Below are positions 8,905 to 16,276 of a DNA stretch of 20,000 nucleotides, piece by piece. Under the pieces are notes generated by a model, which was not told where the DNA came from, did no database searches, and worked only from the letters and a program-made list of their open reading frames with translations. How positions within the stretch are numbered: the stretch's first letter is position 1; every line of letters starts with the position of its first letter. This stretch comes from an uncultured virus (IMG/VR IMGVR_UViG_3300025018_000159) (lineage: Duplodnaviria > Heunggongvirae > Uroviricota > Caudoviricetes). The DNA is taken from the IMG/VR virus record IMGVR_UViG_3300025018_000159. One strand, written 5' to 3'. The translations under genes and the position numbers were made by a program.

Positions 8905-9240
8905 TTGAAAGTGGGAGCACCTTACGGGTGCCAGTCGCCAGTCTTTCCTGAAGTCAGATCTCTCTAAACGCTAGAGCACTGCATCCCCCGTATTTCTACG
9001 GCTGAGGGGCTTCGAACCCCTTCTTTCACCAGATCTCAATCACCGAGCGGGAATCGAACCCGCCTGCTCTTTTATGGTTTTGAACCACACTCGCAGCCAC
9101 CATCCAAGGCGGGGAATCGAACCCCGAACACATCCAATTATGGACGATGACCGCGAGTGTGGTGACAGACTTTAACCCGTCTGTCAGGGGCTGATGACAA
9201 CCCGAATTTCCGGGACTATCGTGTTCAGCGGTTGTCTATT
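8905..9240 (-). ncRNA. Cluster of structured RNA elements with three tRNA T-arms but no complete tRNA
   Basis: T-arms CGGGG-TTCGATT-CCCCG (9110-9126), GCGGG-TTCGATT-CCCGC (9047-9063) and AGGGG-TTCGAAG-CCCCT (9005-9021). A 23-bp stem (9084-9106/9141-9163) has four G-U pairs on the - strand, and further hairpins are present. Confidence 0.7.
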
Positions 9241-9246
9241 TTGGGA

Positions 9247-9771
9247 TCACTCCCAAGGCTTCTTCTTGCCTTTTGTCGCAGGGGCGGGAGCTTCTTCCTC
9301 TTCGGTTTCCTCCTCTTCGGATTCTTCCTCTTCGGTCTCCTCCTCTTCCTCCGTTTCCTCCTCTTCCTCGTCACCGCTATACGGCTCGATGGAAGCGATG
9401 TTCACGAAGGTCTTGTCGCCCTTCTTGGTCTCCCTCGCCTCGATGACGACACAGGTGTCGATCAGCTTCTTGAGCTTGGCCTCGTTGAGGTCTCCGGTGT
9501 TGCCGGAAGCCTGCCACAGGGTGCGGAGTTCCTTCTCGGCGATCTCACGGCGCACGTCATTGTCCGCTTCAACAGCGAAGTATGTCTTGCACGTGAAGGT
9601 CTCACCGATGAGCGAGAGGCCGACCACAATGTGGAAGGATTTCCCGGTCGGGTCGGACTTGACTGGCAACCGCGCAGCGTCCGTGATTCTGTAGGGATGT
9701 GCCCCGAGCTTGATGTTGGAAGCTCCATCTGAGATGGTTTCCCCTTCGCCTTTCATTAGCCATTTAGCCAT
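9247..9771 (-). CDS. Putative single-stranded DNA-binding protein (DUF669-like) with acidic tail
   Basis: Start moved to ATG 9771 (MAKWLMKG), after an A/C-rich leader. OB-fold-like core, Glu-rich tract and KKKPWE terminus; in the same operon as a Sak4-like ATPase. Confidence 0.75.
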   Translation of the reverse strand: MAKWLMKGEGETISDGASNIKLGAHPYRITDAARLPVKSDPTGKSFHIVVGLSLIGETFTCKTYFAVEADNDVRREIAEKELRTLWQASGNTGDLNEAKLKKLIDTCVVIEARETKKGDKTFVNIASIEPYSGDEEEEETEEEEETEEEESEEEETEEEEAPAPATKGKKKPWE

Positions 9772-9823
9772 AGTATTGGTGTTGTTGTTGTTTTTTGTTT
9801 TTTGTTTTCCGTTAATGGAATTT

Positions 9824-10117
9824 TTATGCAGCCTGGAGCTTCCTCTTGGCAAGCTTGGCTGCGTGTTTTTTGCCGACATGCGGCATGTATTTGGAAGTGT
9901 GTCGGATGATCTCCTTATGCGGAAGAGGGCGACCTTCAGGGTCACGGAGGACTTGAAGGCTGTCGTGGTTACGCCACTCTTTCTTTCCCATCTTGTTGAT
10001 AGACCAGCCCCACAGCCCCTGCTTGCGGGCACGCTTGGAGTTGGTGTGGATAACTGTGATGTATGCTTTCCGTGGTTCTGGAAGCAGGGGTGTTTCTGTC
10101 GTTGCTGATGTGCTCAT
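9824..10117 (-). CDS. Basic hypothetical protein (97 aa)
   Basis: ATGA overlap with the exonuclease gene; Lys/Arg/His-rich. Confidence 0.7.
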   Translation of the reverse strand: MSTSATTETPLLPEPRKAYITVIHTNSKRARKQGLWGWSINKMGKKEWRNHDSLQVLRDPEGRPLPHKEIIRHTSKYMPHVGKKHAAKLAKRKLQAA

Positions 10118-10677
10118 TTGACTATTCCTTGTTCAATTAGGTGTTTGTGTATTCTAGCGCAGGCTCGAACGTCAGCGAGGGCGTCATGTGCCCCCGTAAA
10201 GTCCTCACCAAAGAAGTGGATATGTGCCTCACTCAGTTTCGGCCACTTGTAACCGCCCCGCTTGTTGCGGATCTTGCAGATGTTCGTTGTGGCGTCCATC
10301 GTGCAAAACTGCGGCTTGGTCTCAAGTATGTTCTCCCGATCCAGCCTGTCAACTTCAAATCCAACTAATTTTCTATCGAAGTTGATATTGTGGGCGACTA
10401 CCTGCTCGGCTACCCGGCAGAGGTTGGAGAACATGGCCATTGCCGTGAGTATGGGTATTCCGAACCGGGAAGCTTTCTCCGTGGAGATTCCGTGGACAGC
10501 CGCAGCCCCTGAGCCAACCTCCCAGCCTGTGGGCTTGATGATCGTGTTCATGGAGGCCAGTTCACCTTCCTCGTCATCGACAAGGATGGCGGCAAGCTGG
10601 ACGATGTGGGGCTGTTCTGCGAGTGTTCCGCTATTGGCAAATCCAGTCGTCTCGGTATCAAAATACACCCGGATCAT
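10114..10677 (-). CDS. DEDDh 3'-5' exonuclease (DnaQ/epsilon-like)
   Basis: Exo I FDTETTG, Exo II AHNINFD, Exo III AHDALADV. Confidence 0.93.
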   Translation of the reverse strand: MIRVYFDTETTGFANSGTLAEQPHIVQLAAILVDDEEGELASMNTIIKPTGWEVGSGAAAVHGISTEKASRFGIPILTAMAMFSNLCRVAEQVVAHNINFDRKLVGFEVDRLDRENILETKPQFCTMDATTNICKIRNKRGGYKWPKLSEAHIHFFGEDFTGAHDALADVRACARIHKHLIEQGIVK

Positions 10678-11462
10678 CCCTGACGTGCCTCCTTCACAGC
10701 AGCGTCAAAGGCTTCCCACGTGAGTTCAATCTCCGCCTCAAGGCGTCCGTAGACACCACGACCGCCACCAGGGTGTGCCGGGGACTTGCGGGTGAAGAGG
10801 TAGTGACCCTCTTCGTCGTTGTCCACAACCTTGGCCTTTACGTTTTTCTTGCTGAAGCCCTGGGACTCAAGGCGGATACCGATACTCTTATTTGCGAAGC
10901 CAATGAAGTCAGCCCAGCGAACGAGGTCGTTACCGACTTTCTTGTTGACATCAAACTGGTATTGGTCGTAGCTCTCACGCTCGGGGTCGTGGAATTTCTC
11001 AACCTTGACGTGGCCTATGAGAATCGAGCCGATACCGCACTCACTCCGGAGGTAGTCGAGGATTGTGGTGAGCTTGCCCCACTTGTTGCGGACAGCTTCC
11101 GTTCCAGCACCAAATCCTCCGCCGATCTCGGAGACCAGTGCAACCCCAGCCTCTTGGCAGCAGGACTCGGCGATGAGCACGTCAAGTGTGGTGGCGGAGT
11201 CAATCACCACTGTCTTGTATTTCGTATCACCCTCGGCGAGGACTTCGAGTGCTGCGACCAGCTCATCAAAGGACTCTGCGACCGGGAAACGATCCACATC
11301 AATGTCGTCGATACCTTCCTCGCCCCGGACGGGGATGAAGACGCAGTTAGGGGCACCAGCGGCGAAGGTGGACTTGCCGATTTTCTCAACCCCGAGGATA
11401 ATCATCCGGGGTGGGCGGATCACCTTTTTGTTGGTGATGGATTTAAGGATCATTTTAGACAT
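10674..11462 (-). CDS. Sak4-like AAA_24 ATPase / single-strand annealing protein
   Basis: Walker A GVEKIGKST, Walker B VVIDS, LIGH, WADFIGF. Confidence 0.88.
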   Translation of the reverse strand: MSKMILKSITNKKVIRPPRMIILGVEKIGKSTFAAGAPNCVFIPVRGEEGIDDIDVDRFPVAESFDELVAALEVLAEGDTKYKTVVIDSATTLDVLIAESCCQEAGVALVSEIGGGFGAGTEAVRNKWGKLTTILDYLRSECGIGSILIGHVKVEKFHDPERESYDQYQFDVNKKVGNDLVRWADFIGFANKSIGIRLESQGFSKKNVKAKVVDNDEEGHYLFTRKSPAHPGGGRGVYGRLEAEIELTWEAFDAAVKEARQG

Positions 11463-11494
11463 ATCGTTGTTTTTCTTTTTGTTGTTTAGGAGAG

Positions 11495-11903
11495 TGGTGG
11501 AGCTAAGGGGAGTCGAACCCCTGTCCGTAACCGCGTTATTAACATTTTCTACAAGCTTAGACCTTTATGGAGTCACTCAAGGGCGTCCGGTTAGGGACGC
11601 CTCCACCACCCGGTCTTTACGGCGACGGGTTCCGTTGTTTGCCTCACTGTTTCAGGTCATCCGCCCGGAGGCGCGGCTTAGGATGATCTTGCCCGGTTTG
11701 TTTCTCACCGCAGCGCGGGCGTTTCGGTGAGCGTGTTTTGCTTAGGCTACGAGAGCAAGCTCACCCTGAGGTGCGCTGCGTCCGAAGATTCCGCGAATGA
11801 CGTTGATGCCATTTGAACTTTGAGCGGCTTTTTAAGAGGCCAGCCGATCAACCTCTACTTGCTTATGTTAATTTTTCAGTTACGTCGAAACCAGTATAGC
11901 CCC
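11495..11903 (-). ncRNA. ssrA: tmRNA (409 nt)
   Basis: 5' GGGGCTATACTGGTTTCGAC and 3' GGACAGGGGTTCGACTCCCCTTAGCTCCACCA. Acceptor stem GGGGCTA/TAGCTCC has the G3-U alanine identity pair and an encoded CCA. P2 helices CGTAACTG/CGGTTACG and ATTAACAT/ATGTTAAT; pk1 GAGG/CCTC plus CGGCT/AGCCG; tag ORF present. Confidence 0.97.
11742..11810 (-). other. tmRNA tag reading frame: (A)GINVIRGIFGRSAPQGELALVA*
   Basis: Resume codon GGC inferred after pk1 and the TTCAAAT context; the frame ends GCT CTC GTA GCC TAA. Confidence 0.8.
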
Positions 11904-12046
11904 TTTGTTGTAGATTAAAATTAAAATGGATGTGCTAATTATGCCAAAAGGTTAAGCTCACTTTCTCGCCCCGGTCGCTGTCGCGCCTTTGCTCATACCT
12001 ACTCCTTAGATGATGCCTTTCTGGGGCGACATTTCCATTGTTGAGA

Positions 12047-12427
12047 TTATTTGAAGTCCACACTCGGTGGCCCTGCCGTCACGTTGACGAATTTTGAAAC
12101 CCTGTCAACCAGCTTTTTGAAAGCCGACGTTTTGACACGCGGGCTGAAGCTGAGTAGTTCGCCGTATGCTTCCGGATCTTCCTCATGGAGGAGGTCGGCG
12201 TCGGCTGTGGTGATGGAGTAGTTGAGCGTGCGCTTGATGGCAAGCTTCAGTCCATCGACGGTGATCGTCTTGGAACCCTCTTCACCATTGTGGAAGGAAT
12301 CGGCGATCCATGTGCGGATGGCAATCTCTTCCTCGCGGGCTTGGTTCTGGACGATACGGAGTTCGCTAAGTCTTTCCTTAGCATCGAGCAGTTGCTCTTG
12401 TGTTGGTAATTTTGTTTTCTTGGCCAT
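12047..12427 (-). CDS. Hypothetical protein (126 aa), first gene of the replication/recombination operon
   Basis: AACGACAATG leader; coiled-coil-like N-terminus. Confidence 0.8.
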   Translation of the reverse strand: MAKKTKLPTQEQLLDAKERLSELRIVQNQAREEEIAIRTWIADSFHNGEEGSKTITVDGLKLAIKRTLNYSITTADADLLHEEDPEAYGELLSFSPRVKTSAFKKLVDRVSKFVNVTAGPPSVDFK

Positions 12428-12461
12428 TGTCGTTGTCGTTGTTTTTCTTGCTGACGAGAGG

Positions 12462-12490
12462 AGTAAAACACGGGTGAGAAAACTTGTCTA
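12462..12490 (-). promoter_or_regulatory. Putative sigma70-type promoter for the leftward operon
   Basis: TAGACA (12490-12485), 17 nt, TTTACT (12467-12462), with an A-rich UP-like tract upstream. Confidence 0.45.
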
Positions 12491-12516
12491 GCATTTTTCT
12501 CAATTTTTTTTGTTCC

Positions 12517-12545
12517 TTGCCAAATCTGGGTTTCCGGCGTAGAAA
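12517..12545 (+). promoter_or_regulatory. Putative rightward promoter, possibly giving a near-leaderless HTH transcript
   Basis: TTGCCA, 17 nt, TAGAAA; ATG follows 6 nt later. Confidence 0.35.
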
Positions 12546-12551
12546 GCGCCC

Positions 12552-12776
12552 ATGTCCGAAAACGCTACAGCAGTCATGCGGAGACTGCGAGAACAAATTT
12601 CCAAGCCCGAGATCAATCTCTTGGCACTGGCACGGGGGAGCAAAGTCAGCTACGACAAGCTGCGCCGTCTGAAGCTTGATGATAGTCCGCTATCTGTCGC
12701 CGACGCAGAAACCCTTCACATCTTCCTAACAGGAAAAACCTTTATCGCCACACCTGATGCTCCACAACATTCCTGA
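12552..12776 (+). CDS. Small helix-turn-helix DNA-binding protein (Cro/XRE-like)
   Basis: INLLALARGSKVSYDKLRRLK has an HTH pattern; sits at the divergence point upstream of the primase. Confidence 0.7.
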   Translation: MSENATAVMRRLREQISKPEINLLALARGSKVSYDKLRRLKLDDSPLSVADAETLHIFLTGKTFIATPDAPQHS

Positions 12777-15027
12777 AGAACTCACCCGCCTTGGCCAATG
12801 GGTTACGTTCGATATTACCGAAGACGGTAAGAAGATCCCGTATATTCCCGGCACGAACGACATGGCCGCTTCCAACCGTCCCCGCGACTGGCGCTCATTC
12901 CGCGCAGCCTGCAAGGATGTCGAGGAAGGCAAACGCCAGCACGTCGGCTTCGTCGTCACCACACGAGACCCCTATGTCTTCATCGACTTGGATGACCCCG
13001 AGGACGAGGATCAGAAAGCTGTCTTCAAGCGCCTCGATACCTACGCCCAGCTCAGTGTCTCCGGCGAGGGTGCCCACCTGATTGCCGTCGGAAAGTTCAA
13101 GGGTAAAGGCAAGCACCCTGCGTCTCCGGCGGCGGGGTTGTTCCAGGATAACAGGTTTGTGCTTATGACCGGGGAAATTCTCCAGAACAGATCTACTATA
13201 AAAGCAGTAGATGACTGCGATCTCCAAAGCATCCACACATGGCTCGGCGGCGGCAAGGACTATGAGCTTGAGGATCTCGTGGAATATGCTTCGAAAATCC
13301 CCGACCAAACGGTGGTCGACCTGGGTTGTGACCGCTTCACCAAATTCAACGATCTCTGCAACGGCAAGTGGCAGCAGTTCGATGAGTATCATGGAGACCA
13401 CAGCACAGCAGACCATGCCTTCCTTGCCATGCTCTGCGACATCACCGAGTCAAACGACCAAGTGCGCTTTCTCTTCTCCATCTCAGGCATGTGGTCTCCT
13501 GAGCGTGCAGCCAAGAAGTCAGGTCACGGACTTGCGGGGTATGTTGACCGGACGATCCGCAAGATCCGGGGAAACCAGCAGCGTGAGCGCCGTTCCCTCG
13601 AAGAGTGCCCCCTATCCTTCGGCGAAAGAAAAGTGTTGACAGAGATCCACCCGGCTACCCCGGAAAAGGGAAAATGCGACCTGATCGAGAGCTTGCCTGA
13701 CGGTCTGGTGAAAGACATCGCACGCTACTCCTTCGAAACCTCCTACATGCCTCTTCAGGAGGCTTCGATCCTCGTGGGCTTGCAGGTTGTCTCCGTGCTC
13801 TGTGGCCGGGGCTACCTGACCCCCACGAAGTCCGGCCTGAACATGTGGCTCATCCTTGTGGGTGGAACATCCTGCGGAAAGGACGAATACCAGAACGGTG
13901 TCAAGCGGATTCTGAACAAGATTGCCAAGTCGCATCCCAGCGTCCTGAAGATCTTCGGCGGAGAGATCGTTTCCGGGCCAGGCATCGAGACTGTGTTCCA
14001 GGATACATTCCGCTACTGCTCATATATCCCTGAGTTCGGCGACACGTTCAAGCTGCTCGCCAACCCACAGGCACCCGATTATGTCAAGACCCTTTCACGC
14101 GGACTCCTCAACTCCTACAACTCGGCTGGTGTCGGCGGCACGAGCGAGGGACGGCGCAAGGCTCAGGGGACAGACGAGAAGGTGCGTGTGGAACGCCCCT
14201 GTCTCTGCGTCGCCGGAGAGGCCACCCCCGAATCACTCTACGGAAACATGACCACGAGGGAGCTGTCCACAGGTTTCCTCCAAAGGTTCATGCTCCTCAA
14301 CGTGCCACTGACCTCGTGGTCGATGATCGAGAACGAGAACCACGGCGCGGAGCCTCCGAAGGCTCTCGTGGATCGTCTGGCGAACCTGGCCATGATGATG
14401 GACTCTGCCGACGTGAGCAACAGCTTCCAGACCGTAGAGTCGTCACCTGAGGCCGCAGATCTCCTGAAGCGTTACCGGAACCACAAGCGGAAGGAAATCA
14501 TGGAGTGCCCTGACGGACTTTCGAAGAAGGAAGTCATCAACCGCGCAGGACTCAAGGCTCTGCGTCTCGCTTCACTTCTGGCTGTCGGTTCCGATGAGCA
14601 CTCCCCCCGCATTGGGCTGGAACACGCCCAGTGGTCAATCGACTTCACTGAGAAATGTGACAACGAGATCCTAGCCAAGTTCGATTCCGGCGAGGTTGGC
14701 TCCGGCCAAGTCAAGCAGGAAAATGAGATAATTCAGGCTTGCAAAAACGTGGCGGCTATGAAAGTCGGGATGAGGCAATCGCTTGGGATGAGCCGGAAGG
14801 TCGCCCTTGAGAGCACAATGGTGCCGCTGGCCGTAATCAAGGCGAAGGTCGTGAACAATGCCGTCTTCGCTTCGGATCGTCTGGGAGCTGTCTCAGCCTT
14901 CGACAAATGCGTGGACTCTATGGTCAAGGCCGGGGTGTTTGTCCGGGTGTCGGAAACCCTCGCAGCAGACAGTTATAACCACCTGAAGGGGGTGTTGCTG
15001 TGCGTGAGTGGGAAGTATCTGAAGTGA
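12757..15027 (+). CDS. Primase-polymerase (AEP/NrS-1-like) fused to a DUF3987-like helicase domain
   Basis: QWVTF, KIPY, FIDLD, SVSGEGAH, helix-bundle motif DHSTADHAF, P-loop GGTSCGKD, GEATPE and GFLQRF. Confidence 0.85.
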   Translation: MLHNIPEELTRLGQWVTFDITEDGKKIPYIPGTNDMAASNRPRDWRSFRAACKDVEEGKRQHVGFVVTTRDPYVFIDLDDPEDEDQKAVFKRLDTYAQLSVSGEGAHLIAVGKFKGKGKHPASPAAGLFQDNRFVLMTGEILQNRSTIKAVDDCDLQSIHTWLGGGKDYELEDLVEYASKIPDQTVVDLGCDRFTKFNDLCNGKWQQFDEYHGDHSTADHAFLAMLCDITESNDQVRFLFSISGMWSPERAAKKSGHGLAGYVDRTIRKIRGNQQRERRSLEECPLSFGERKVLTEIHPATPEKGKCDLIESLPDGLVKDIARYSFETSYMPLQEASILVGLQVVSVLCGRGYLTPTKSGLNMWLILVGGTSCGKDEYQNGVKRILNKIAKSHPSVLKIFGGEIVSGPGIETVFQDTFRYCSYIPEFGDTFKLLANPQAPDYVKTLSRGLLNSYNSAGVGGTSEGRRKAQGTDEKVRVERPCLCVAGEATPESLYGNMTTRELSTGFLQRFMLLNVPLTSWSMIENENHGAEPPKALVDRLANLAMMMDSADVSNSFQTVESSPEAADLLKRYRNHKRKEIMECPDGLSKKEVINRAGLKALRLASLLAVGSDEHSPRIGLEHAQWSIDFTEKCDNEILAKFDSGEVGSGQVKQENEIIQACKNVAAMKVGMRQSLGMSRKVALESTMVPLAVIKAKVVNNAVFASDRLGAVSAFDKCVDSMVKAGVFVRVSETLAADSYNHLKGVLLCVSGKYLK

Positions 15028-15031
15028 GACC

Positions 15032-15053
15032 GGGGCAATAAAAAAAGCCCCCG
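15032..15053. terminator. Probable terminator between convergent transcription units
   Basis: GGGGC...GCCCC hairpin just after the primase stop; on the - strand CGGGGGC is followed by T7 (15046-15040). Confidence 0.5.
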
Positions 15054-15130
15054 AATTACGCATCGTCGAGAGGCGCGGGAGGTCTGCTGGTTTAGTATGC
15101 AGAAAAGCCACGCCTTGACAGGGTGGGGCT

Positions 15131-15182
15131 TCCGAACGGTCGATGCACGGGACGCTATGCGCCTGGGATCTCCTTGTTAGCG
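15131..15182 (+). other. attC-like site E (52 bp, compact/degenerate)
   Basis: TCCGAAC-GGTCG-ATGCACGG...CTGGGAT-CTCCTT-GTTAGCG; imperfect arms. Confidence 0.6.
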
Positions 15183-15301
15183 ACGAGAACATCCTTGTGT
15201 TCGTTGCATCTGGGGCGGTATTCATCATCGCCGCGCATCCAGCTTGTTTGGATTTCCACTTTGCCGACCGCTTTATTCTCGCATAGTTGGCATTTTGGCA
15301 T
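15155..15301 (-). CDS. Cassette ORF, 48 aa CxxC...CxxH putative Zn-binding protein (not in the ORF track)
   Basis: MPKCQLCENKAVGKVEIQTSWMRGDDEYRPRCNEHKDVLVANKEIPGA*; the frame is open for a further 42 codons upstream. Confidence 0.65.
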   Translation of the reverse strand: MPKCQLCENKAVGKVEIQTSWMRGDDEYRPRCNEHKDVLVANKEIPGA

Positions 15302-15385
15302 TCCGTTGGGGTGTCCCTTGTATTTCTGGAATCTGCTGATTCGCGGGTATTTTCGATTACTCCTAGTCTTTAGGTTGTTCGGTTT

Positions 15386-15470
15386 CGCTAATAAATCGCC
15401 GTATCCAACGGCGGCCTGCCCTCTTATTTATTCGGAGTCTTTCGCGCCGTGGATAGGCTCGGCGTTGTGG
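15386..15470 (+). other. attC-like site D (85 bp; AAC changed to AAT in R'')
   Basis: CGCTAAT-AAATC-GCC[G]TATC-CA[A]CGGCG...CGCCGTG-GATAGGC-TCGGC-GTTGTGG; brackets mark unpaired extra bases. Confidence 0.8.
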
Positions 15471-15766
15471 CCAAGAATCGGCACGTATTTGTTGAGCGTG
15501 CGCGTCTCGATTTGGTTGAGCGGTTTCCATTCTGCGAAGTCACCAGCCATCCGGCCTTGCCCTTCGTTATCCAGCTCCCCTTGGAGATCGGACTCCGGAC
15601 ACCATTTCAGCCCGCCATAGCCGATCCACTTCTGGCGGCACTTCGCTACCGCTGGGCGGGGCATCTTGTAGGCGCGGCAGTATTCGGCCAGTTGGTCGAG
15701 CCAGCTTTTATATGAGTCACCGAAAAGCAGGATCGAGCCATCGGGGAAGGTTGCTTTGATTGTCAT
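15428..15766 (-). CDS. Cassette ORF, hypothetical protein (112 aa)
   Basis: Intact ORF inside cassette 15465-15882; its stop lies within attC D. Confidence 0.8.
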   Translation of the reverse strand: MTIKATFPDGSILLFGDSYKSWLDQLAEYCRAYKMPRPAVAKCRQKWIGYGGLKWCPESDLQGELDNEGQGRMAGDFAEWKPLNQIETRTLNKYVPILGHNAEPIHGAKDSE

Positions 15767-15797
15767 TTTATCGGGCGTTTTCGTTGTTTCGTAAGAT

Positions 15798-15888
15798 CCA
15801 CAACAAGCGTCTGGTGGTGACGCCGTTGAAGCATTCTGATTAAATTCGGGGCTCTTTTTCCGGCGTCACCACAGACGGAGCGTTACGC
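15798..15888 (+). other. attC-like site C (91 bp)
   Basis: CCACAAC-AAGCG-TCT[G]GTGG-TGACGCCG...CGGCGTCA-CCACAGA-CGGAGC-GTTACGC. Confidence 0.88.
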
Positions 15889-16241
15889 CTATAAACTCCG
15901 ACGACCATGAAGAGGTCGTGACTCTCGCCAATTTTCATCCCTTCCCATCCAGTCGGCACATGACCGAAAGTTACTTCGTATTCACCTCTCTCGATCCGCA
16001 GCTTTGCGCGGCGTTTCAACTCCTCGGGGGAGTATTGAGCAATCTCGTTTTCCAAGAATTGCACCGCCGCGCCGAGCGTTACATCCCCCTGTCGCACTCG
16101 ATACCTTTCCCTTACTTTTCGGTATCCACGCTCTAGGGCAATTCGCTCAGCGTAACAAGACATCGCACTACAATCCCCACTCGGAGTCTTGGGAGGGGCG
16201 GCGATTTCAGGCGGGGGAGTATCGTTTGTGGTATCAGTCAT
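15840..16241 (-). CDS. Cassette ORF, hypothetical protein (133 aa)
   Basis: ATG 16241 (MTDTTND) lies in the loop of attC B; the stop lies in the loop of attC C. Confidence 0.75.
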   Translation of the reverse strand: MTDTTNDTPPPEIAAPPKTPSGDCSAMSCYAERIALERGYRKVRERYRVRQGDVTLGAAVQFLENEIAQYSPEELKRRAKLRIERGEYEVTFGHVPTGWEGMKIGESHDLFMVVGVYRRNAPSVVTPEKEPRI

Positions 16242-16276
16242 TTTCGTGTGTGGATGTGTGGATTTTATCGTTCGAT
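16150..16276 (+). other. attC-like site B (127 bp)
   Basis: GCGTAAC-AAGAC-ATC[G]CAC[T]ACA[A]TCCCCAC...GTGTGGATGTGTGGAT-TTTATC-GTTCGAT. Confidence 0.8.

Noticed and set aside
9005..9126. Canonical tRNA genes
   Set aside because: T-arms are present, but I could not build matching acceptor, D and anticodon arms with CCA ends.
9191..9230. Hammerhead ribozyme at CTGATGA (+ strand)
   Set aside because: No GAAA core after a stem II, and the region is probably transcribed from the - strand.
9772..10032. N-terminal extension of the SSB ORF (261 aa in the track)
   Set aside because: It overlaps the 97-aa gene and translates the A/C-rich leader (KTKNNNNTNT); ATG 9771 is more plausible.
11495..11530. 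Prophage att site formed by a tmRNA 3' fragment
   Set aside because: The tmRNA is full length, flanked by phage genes on both sides, with no duplicate fragment or integrase in the window.
504..14927. Long antisense ORFs (e.g. 504-1382, 2386-3117, 3190-3822, 10623-11489, 12895-13416)
   Set aside because: Shadow frames opposite well-supported genes in GC-rich coding DNA, with no recognisable motifs.
15115..15145. Pc-like + strand promoter at TTGACA
   Set aside because: No credible -10 hexamer at 16-18 nt spacing.
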